Shown: positions 55,620-64,000 of the stretch, piece by piece | Layout: every line of letters begins with the position of its first letter | Numbering within the stretch: the stretch's first letter is position 1 | Assembly: GCA_951406725.2 (NCBI GenBank) | Contig: OX597825.1 | Coordinates: 80,848,001 to 80,912,000 of the forward strand | Reading direction: 5' to 3' | From: Octopus vulgaris | Taxonomy: Eukaryota | Length of the DNA stretch: 64,000 nucleotides | Position numbers and translations under genes: made by a program | The notes under the pieces: model-generated | What the model was told of the DNA's origin: nothing | The model's database searches: none | Seen by the model: only the letters and a program-made list of their open reading frames with translations

Positions 55620-56390
55620 TATATATATGCATATATATACATATATATATATGAATATATATATGCATATATGTACATATATATATGTATACACACATAC
55701 ATATACATGCATATATATATACATATGCATACACACACATATTATATATATGTATATATATATAATACTTAGTCATGTGAAGTGTGTATATTAATATACA
55801 CGATCATGTGGATTGAAACATCTAGAAAGGAGAAGCAGTAGCAGCAGTTGCAGTAGTAGTAGTAGTAGTGGTGGTGGTGGTGGTTGTGGTGGTGGTCGAA
55901 GCCAGGAGCGCTGTTTGAAGATAAGGACAAATAATACAGAGTAGATGTGAAGGAAGAGTAGAAAAGTGTAATTATGACAGAAATATGGTCAGAGACGAGG
56001 AGCAATATGGCGGAGAGAAAGTGGAAGGTGTGTGACGTCATCTGGAGTCGAATGTTTTACATCTATCGTATCTTTTTATATTGTATTGTTCTGTCTATGT
56101 ATGATACCTGAAGCGGTAGATATTACACTGCAGAATGGCGGATGTAATTGTATGAGAGAGAGCAGGAGAGAGAGAGAGAGAGAGGGAGAAAAGTGATTGT
56201 CAATGTTGAATATATATATATATATGCATCTGTATATATATATATATTTATATATGTGTGTGTGTACGCATACATATATATGTATGTATATATATATGTA
56301 TGTATATATATATATTTATATATGTGTGTGTACGCATACATATATATGTATGTATATATATATGTATATATATATATGTATATACATATA

Positions 56391-56443
<53 letters not shown>

Positions 56444-56494
56444 GTATATATATATATATATGTATATGTATATATACGTATATGTATATACATA

Positions 56495-56557
<63 letters not shown>

Positions 56558-56661
56558 TCCATTCCACATACACATACATACACGGGCATATGTAAAGTCA
56601 TATACATACATAATATATATGTGCACGTGTTTGTGTGTGTGTGTGTGTGTATTTTAGGAAT

Positions 56662-56712
<51 letters not shown>

Positions 56713-57008
56713 TATGTGTGTGTGTGTGAGTGTACGTATGTGCAAGTGTGTACATCTAGAGGAGCTGTTCTAGAGAACAAATGAAAACAAAATGGTAGAA
56801 AGAGATTAACGGACATTTTATGGGTGAGAAAAATAGGGAGAGAGAGAGAGAGAGTGAAAGAGAAAGAGAGAGAAAGGTCTAAGAAGGGAAAGGAAAGGAG
56901 AGGAAGTGGTAATTATTTTTCTAATTATCTATCTATATGTATACATATATACGTATCTTCGTACACTTAGTTATATATACGAATGTATATATATCGCTTC
57001 TACAAGTA

Positions 57009-57075
<67 letters not shown>

Positions 57076-57088
57076 GCACTCATGTGTA

Positions 57089-57126
<38 letters not shown>

Positions 57127-57969
57127 GTATGTGTGTGTGTGTGTGTGTGTAAATGAGTAGCAAAGATATGAAAAAACTGTAAAAGGAGAGCGACGAATAT
57201 TTTATGGGAAAAACTAAAGGTAAATGAAGAGAAAGGGATAAATAGGGAAATAGATAGACAGAGAGATAAATTGAGAAAGAGAGAGAGAATGAGAGAGTGA
57301 GAGAAGTAGAGAGAGAAAGAGCGAGAGAGAGAGAGAGAGAGGGAGAGAGAGAGGAAGATAGCAATGCACTGGGAGTTTTGATTACATGAACAAAAAAAAC
57401 CCCAGAAAAACAGGAAATTTGCAGATAAGGAGGCGCTTTGCTTGGACATTAAAAGAGAGATAGACAGATAAAGAGTGACTGAGAGAGAGAGAGAGAGGGA
57501 GGGCGGGAGGGAGAGAGGAAGAGAAAGAGAGAGTGAGAGGAAGAGAGAGGGGGTGAGACAATGCATGTAGTACGGAAAGTGAGGTAGTAGAAGAAAGAAA
57601 AGGAGAGAATCTATGAAAGAGAACGAAAGAGATAAAGAAGGAAGCAACAAAGAGAGAGATGGAAAGATACAGTAGGAAATACAGGGGGGGGGGGGGGCTC
57701 AAAGGAGAGGAGAAAAAGAGAGGAGAGAGACAATGCACATACATATACAAGGAGAGAGAGAGAGAGAGGGAGAGAGAGGGAGGAGAGAGAGAAATACACA
57801 CACATATACAGGGAGAGAGAGGGAGGAGAGAGAGAAATACACACACATATACAGGGAGAGAGAGAGAGAGAGAGAGGAAGGTGAATTCACTTGCACACAA
57901 AGCATATTTATATACATACAGACAAAAACAAAGAAGGAGAGACATCAAGAGGGAGGAAGAAAGAGAGAA

Positions 57970-58002
<33 letters not shown>

Positions 58003-58218
58003 AAAAGAGAAAGATAGAGGGAAAGAGAGAGAGAGGTGGATTTGAATTATGCATTTTGGTGAGGCGATAGTAATTCAAAGAGGAAAACTAATGAATTTTG
58101 TGTGGGTGGGGATTTTGGGGGGAAGGAAAAAAAAGAAAGAAAATATTAAATAAATAAAGCAGGGAAAGAATAGAATACAAATATAAAGGGAGGGTTAGAA
58201 CGATTCGTGGCCACACAC

Positions 58219-58259
<41 letters not shown>

Positions 58260-58445
58260 TTGCATCAAGAATTTACCTATCTATCTTTCTGTCTATCTGT
58301 CTTTCTGTCTATGTATCTATCTATCTTGATCACGAATCCGCATTTCCTTATCTCTCTCTCTCTCTTTCTCTCTCTCATATATATATATACATATGTATAT
58401 AGTCTGCATATATATGTACATATATGTGTATATATGCATATACAT

Positions 58446-58487
<42 letters not shown>

Positions 58488-58525
58488 GTATATATGTACA
58501 TATATACATGCATATACATACATAC

Positions 58526-58563
<38 letters not shown>

Positions 58564-58674
58564 GTTTATATATAAACGCATTTGTATCTAAAATCTATCT
58601 ATATATCTATCTGTCTGTCTATATACATACACAAAGCACACACATATATGTATATATATAATATTTACGTATAA

Positions 58675-58725
<51 letters not shown>

Positions 58726-58732
58726 TATATAC

Positions 58733-58793
<61 letters not shown>

Positions 58794-58953
58794 GCATGTA
58801 CAGGTACGTATATCATATCGGCAGACATGCTCGCCCACACACACGCACGCGCATCTGTGTCTCTGTCTCCACGTTCCTTGCTGTCAAACGTGAAACCGTA
58901 CCAGCTGTTTGCACAAAGCCATCACCAGACACTACTCTCTCTCCCCCTCTCTC

Positions 58954-58987
<34 letters not shown>

Positions 58988-60489
58988 AACTGGTGATATT
59001 TAAATGCAATATTACTAACAATTAATGGTGTTATACTAACTTGTTGCTTAGGTTACCTGCTTTATCTATTATGTATCATCACCTAACGCATAGCGGTGTG
59101 GCCTATATGTAGCCTACCTATATGTGGTCTCTTGATTTGCTAGAAATAAGCACTAAATTTCGGAAACTGTTGGAGTCGTATTTGATGTAATCAAGCATGA
59201 AATCGAATATAACGTTGATCAAACGACAATCCAACCGTGAACAACACATTTAAAGTATGAGATAGTCATATGTGTGTATATGTTTGAGCACCCATGATCA
59301 ATCAGAAAGGGTGCCCTTGGTTAAATTACAACAACCAAAACAATAATACTATAATATTTTAGGAACCAACGAGGGAGGCTTTTTTGATTGGTTAATGACC
59401 TGATGTGTTAGAAATAACAGCGAAATCCCCTTTAATGCACACTCTGTCGTCTGTAAAAGACAAGAGCACACCTGGTTAGACGATAATGTGCAGCTCCACG
59501 CAGAGAAAGGCGATGTGGTCACGGTTGGTATGCTTTTGGTCAGAGATTTGCTGGATTAAGGTTGGCCTGGGGCTAAATAGCAGCTATAACAACAACAACA
59601 ACAGCAGCAACAGCAGCAACAGCAGCAGCCGTCCAAGAATTTGGACCTGGAGATCTCCATTTCGAGCGACTTCGAGGGTCACCTCCCAGTGGTGTCGGGC
59701 GTCAACGAAGATCTCTCGACTACAACAAGACGGCCAAAGTGGTTTTTTTTCCAAGGTCTGGGGTCTCCCGCCCCTAAGCCCTAGAACCATCACCTAATCA
59801 CCCTTATCCGTCTTGTTGCTTAACAACAACAACAACAACAACAGCAGCAGCAACAGAAGGAGCCACAATGACAATATCACCAAAATCTTCACCAAGCAAA
59901 AAATAATAACAAGAAAAACAACATGAAACAGCAAAGAACAAAAAAAAAACAAAAAAAACAAACAGCAACAATAACAACAACAACAACAACAAAAACAACA
60001 AAGGCAACGTTCATAGCAAAAATAACAACAACAGCAAGAGGAAGAAGGAGGAGTAGGAGAAGGAGGAGAAAAGAAACTGGAGGAGAAGAAGGAGGAGGAG
60101 GAGGAAATAATAATGATTAAAGTAATATTCTATCCTGTTATATTCAATTAACATACAATTAACATATGGTGTTGTTAGTTAATCGTTTGTCGTTATTGTG
60201 TATATTCCCTTTTAATTATATTGGTTTCCAAATTATTCGATGAGCTTCAATTAACAACAGCAACAACTAAAATATTGTATTAGGATATTTCAATTTGGCA
60301 ATGAATTGTTGCATTTTAATTTAATTAAAGACATTTATAAAATTAAAAAAAAAAATAATAGAAATGTTTTTAAGTAGCTGAAGGGCAATCTCTGAACTTT
60401 TACGGGTAAATGAATGCCAATATTAATGAATTTAAATACATTTATACACTAATACATGTTTTATGTATGTATGTATGTATGTATGTATG

Positions 60490-61012
60490 TCCTTATTTAG
60501 TTTTATTTCAAGATTTCTCATCAATGGAGAAAGAGTCGGTTTCTAACCGAGATCCAAGACTCCTTTTTTGGAATTTCAACATCAATAACGAAACATTTTT
60601 GTATGTAAGTATATATGTGCAGATTTGTATGTTTTGCTTTATGTATGTATTTTCATGCATATAGTTGCTTATCAAGACATGCTCATATACATTTAAATGA
60701 TAAACTTCTGGAAAGTTTTACAGATTTTTGCAGTTCCGCTGATGGATTGGATCTGTTGTCTTCGAATTAGCTTTCTCCTTTCTGGTTTTGAGAAGCCTAC
60801 TTTCTCAAGATTAGTGCTTAGGCAGTGTGTTACATATCCCAGTGCCCCAGTAATTACAGGTATAAACCTGAACTTGTAATCTTGATAGAGTAACTGCAGA
60901 TTTCTCAATAGTTCAGCATAGGTGTTCTCTTTTTCACTGATCTTCAGCTTTAGGTTAACATCCGCTGGACAGCTGATTTCCACAGCTGTGCACAGTTTCT
61001 CTTCGCTATCCC
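60490..61012 (-). mobile_element. 5'-truncated R4/Dong-like LINE: restriction-like endonuclease C-terminus plus 3' UTR
   Basis: ORF WDSEEKLCTAVEISCPADVN...KISEKENTYAELLRNLQ.LY..YKF.FIPVITGALG (RLE-type E.SCP...EK..KY...P.I.GALG). The 3' end joins (CATA)n and the 5' end joins (CA)n. Confidence 0.85.
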
Positions 61013-61199
61013 AATGTGTGTGTGTGTATGTGTGTATGCGCATGTGTGTGTGCGTGTGCGTGTTTGTGTCTATGTATGTACAGGATAGAATATTACTTAT
61101 ATCATTATTATTTCCTCCTCCCCCTCCTCCTCCTCACCCTTCTTCTCCAATTTCTTTTCTCCTCCTTCTCCTACTCCTCCTTCTTCCTCTTGCTGTTGT

Positions 61200-61480
61200 T
61201 AAGTTTTTAAATTCTTCCCCTTAGTAAAGAGCGGGTTTCTAAGATACAACCATTCATCGATAGAATATAAAGAACACAATGTCACATTTTAAACTTGTGA
61301 AAAGTCTTGCATATTTTTACTGTTCCTCTTACAGGTTATATTTGTAATGTGCGAGTTAGTTGATTGATTGCTTTTACTTTTTCAGTTAGGTATTTACCCA
61401 CAATACCCAGCGCACCAATTATTGATTTCAATGTGAATTTATTATCTGGGTACAGAATATGTATGAAAGTACGTAGTACG
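61200..61480 (-). mobile_element. Second, more diverged R4/Dong-like LINE 3' fragment
   Basis: ILYPDNKFTLKSIIGALGIV...GTVKICKTFHKF is homologous to the 60693-61010 ORF end and lies next to (CATA)n. Confidence 0.75.
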
Positions 61481-61524
61481 TGTGAATGTATGTATGTATG
61501 TATGTATGTATGTATGTATGTATG

Positions 61525-61558
<34 letters not shown>

Positions 61559-61603
61559 GTATAAACATATAGGAATGAGAACCGAGATTCGAAATTTCCC
61601 CAA

Positions 61604-61649
61604 GACACCTGATGAAGGCTGGAGGGTATATCAGCCGAAACGTTGTGTT
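61604..61649 (+). ncRNA. Minimal type I hammerhead ribozyme with canonical core (family E3)
   Basis: GACAC-CUGAUGA-A-GGCUG(gaggguauau)CAGCC-GAAA-CG-UU^-GUGUU, within an island of about 120 bp between (TATG)n and (TCTA)n. Confidence 0.85.
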
Positions 61650-61673
61650 AACAACAAACAAGATGAGGACAAA

Positions 61674-61789
<116 letters not shown>

Positions 61790-63040
61790 CGTACATACAC
61801 ATGCACAAACTTGTATCAGTGTATGTACTCCTAGAAGAAACGGAAAGCAAGTAACATCGCGTGCAAGAATCGAACTTCGGCCAGCAGCGGACAGTATCAC
61901 TGTGATTACCACTACAGTTAAGCAACACAAATATTCAACTATTCAAATTCAATTCAAAATAAGTTCTCTCTACCGACGCGTATATAATAACATACATATA
62001 CATAGACTCACGCACACACACACACACACATACACACACACACACACATATATATACCCATTTATATATTATACATATATGTATACACACACACACACAT
62101 ATGTATATATACAAATGTACATACATTTATACACACATGTACGTACACATACACCTACCACACACACACAATTGTATACAAATACACATATATTTGTTGC
62201 TACAAATACATATATATATATATATATATGAATACGTATGCATATATATTTTGACACACACACATATATGTCAATTCTTTTGTAATGGATTGGAAAAGAC
62301 GAAAATAAAATATAAGAGATTAACAAAGAAAGCCACGATTTAATCCTGTTAAAATGTAAATTCATGCTTTTAACCAATAAATTTATTTCAATAGAGAAAT
62401 TCATATATTCATATTTAGAAATGAAATAATTCATACGTGTGATCCGCATAAAAACAATAACGAAGATCATGTTTCCAGTTTTAATGCACAGATCATAAAT
62501 ATCTGAACAATTAATGAATATTTAATAGGGGAAAAAATATTTTTAAGGGTTGAGTTGTATTGGCTTTGTAGTTTTCTGACGGGAATTGCAGACATGGCAC
62601 TTCTGAAGTAGTTTCGTTTAGGTTAGTTGTGCGCCATTATGTCTTGTAGCTTAGTATTTCATCGATAGGAATCTATAGAGTAATTACCAGTCTGGAATAC
62701 TCGTTGGAGACGGTGAGGCGATCGACAAAGAAGTCGAATGAATGACAAGAATATATACATACATGCACACATATGTGTACATATGTAAGTATATGCGTAT
62801 ATATATATGCACAAAATAATACATATGTAAATATATACGTGTATGCACATATATATGTGTGTGTTCACACACATACACACACATACATACATATATATAT
62901 ATGTATGTATATATATATACACACACTCATAACACAAAATACATACATATATTGTATCGAAAGTTGACACTCTACTCAATATTTCGCTCCGAGTGTATAA
63001 GTATGTTTGTCGATTTATCTATCGAACTATCGGTCAACTA

Positions 63041-63051
63041 GTCAATCAATA

Positions 63052-63091
<40 letters not shown>

Positions 63092-63095
63092 TATG

Positions 63096-63183
<88 letters not shown>

Positions 63184-63204
63184 AATCAATCAATCAATCA
63201 ATCA

Positions 63205-63239
<35 letters not shown>

Positions 63240-63251
63240 CATCTATCCATC

Positions 63252-63348
<97 letters not shown>

Positions 63349-63361
63349 ATATCTATCTATC
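63041..63361. repeat. (ATCA)n/(TATC)n microsatellite
   Basis: Seen directly in the sequence. Confidence 0.95.
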
Positions 63362-63379
63362 AGGCTGAGGAAATAGGAA

Positions 63380-63950
63380 GCAACGTTTTGAAGCATGAAA
63401 TTCATCACAATATATTTCAACAATGCAGAAATTTTATTCATCAAAGTAAGTACCATTAGAAGCAGCACATTTTTACCAACGAGTTACAAGTTTGTTGATT
63501 CAGGTAACATAAAAATCTGGAGCTGATGAACTCTTTGAACGCACTTTCGGAGTCGGTTTGGTTTTTGAACACCTTCTCTCGCAGAAAACTATCAAGGTAC
63601 TTGAAAAAGTGGTAGTCGATGGGAGAAAGGTTTGAGGGATATGCTGAATGGGATAATAACTTCGTAGCATCATTAGTGAAACGTGTGGTCGAGTATTGTC
63701 ATGAAGAATGATTGGTCCTCTTCTGTTGACCAGTCTGGGACGGAGGAGTAGCAGGTTTTCGTTCATTTTGGCAATTTCATGGCATTATGTTTCTGTGATT
63801 ATGGTTTTTCCGGGTTTAAAGAAGTTATAATGAGTCCAGTAGTACACCACCAAATAGTCACCATAACCTTCTTTTTAAAGAGCTTGAGTTTAGGGAAGGT
63901 TTTCGATGCTTGTTCGCTTATATCGGATTCCAGGGGTCACCTAAAGGGCC
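63380..63950 (-). mobile_element. Decayed mariner transposase, C-terminal half
   Basis: KKVMVTIWW, RPRLVNRRGPIILHDNTRPHVS, SPIDYHFFKYLDSFLREKVF and the terminal NGTYFDE*. Confidence 0.88.
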
Positions 63951-64000
63951 GAAAAAGCAAAGTCGTACGCGGCGACATTTGAATGAAATGCTGCTAAGCC

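Noticed and set aside
56033-56040. Perfect CRE palindrome TGACGTCA (also near 8966)
   Set aside because: An 8-mer is expected by chance about once in 64 kb, and there is no promoter context.

Overview
AT-rich, microsatellite-saturated eukaryotic DNA that is intronic or intergenic. The SINE families and the (TA)n/(CA)n/(CATA)n density suggest an octopus or other coleoid cephalopod genome; this is an inference from recalled repeat types, not a database match. Nearly all ORFs in the supplied track are translations of simple repeats. The window contains at least four tRNA-headed SINE families and fossil LINE fragments (CR1/L2-like, Tx1/L1-like, R4/Dong-like RLE and Penelope RT). It also holds mariner, Tc1 and DD37D/maT transposase remnants, MITEs, foldback elements, a non-autonomous Helitron and one plausible terminal coding exon (6402-6578, minus strand). 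The most interesting signal is a population of short, mostly (TA)n-anchored non-coding elements carrying minimal type I hammerhead ribozyme motifs. There are ten clear copies in three families with covarying stems I and II, one family has a fixed CUGUnGA core variant, and several degenerate motifs also occur. Element boundaries were read by eye and are approximate to about 10-20 bp unless a motif is quoted.
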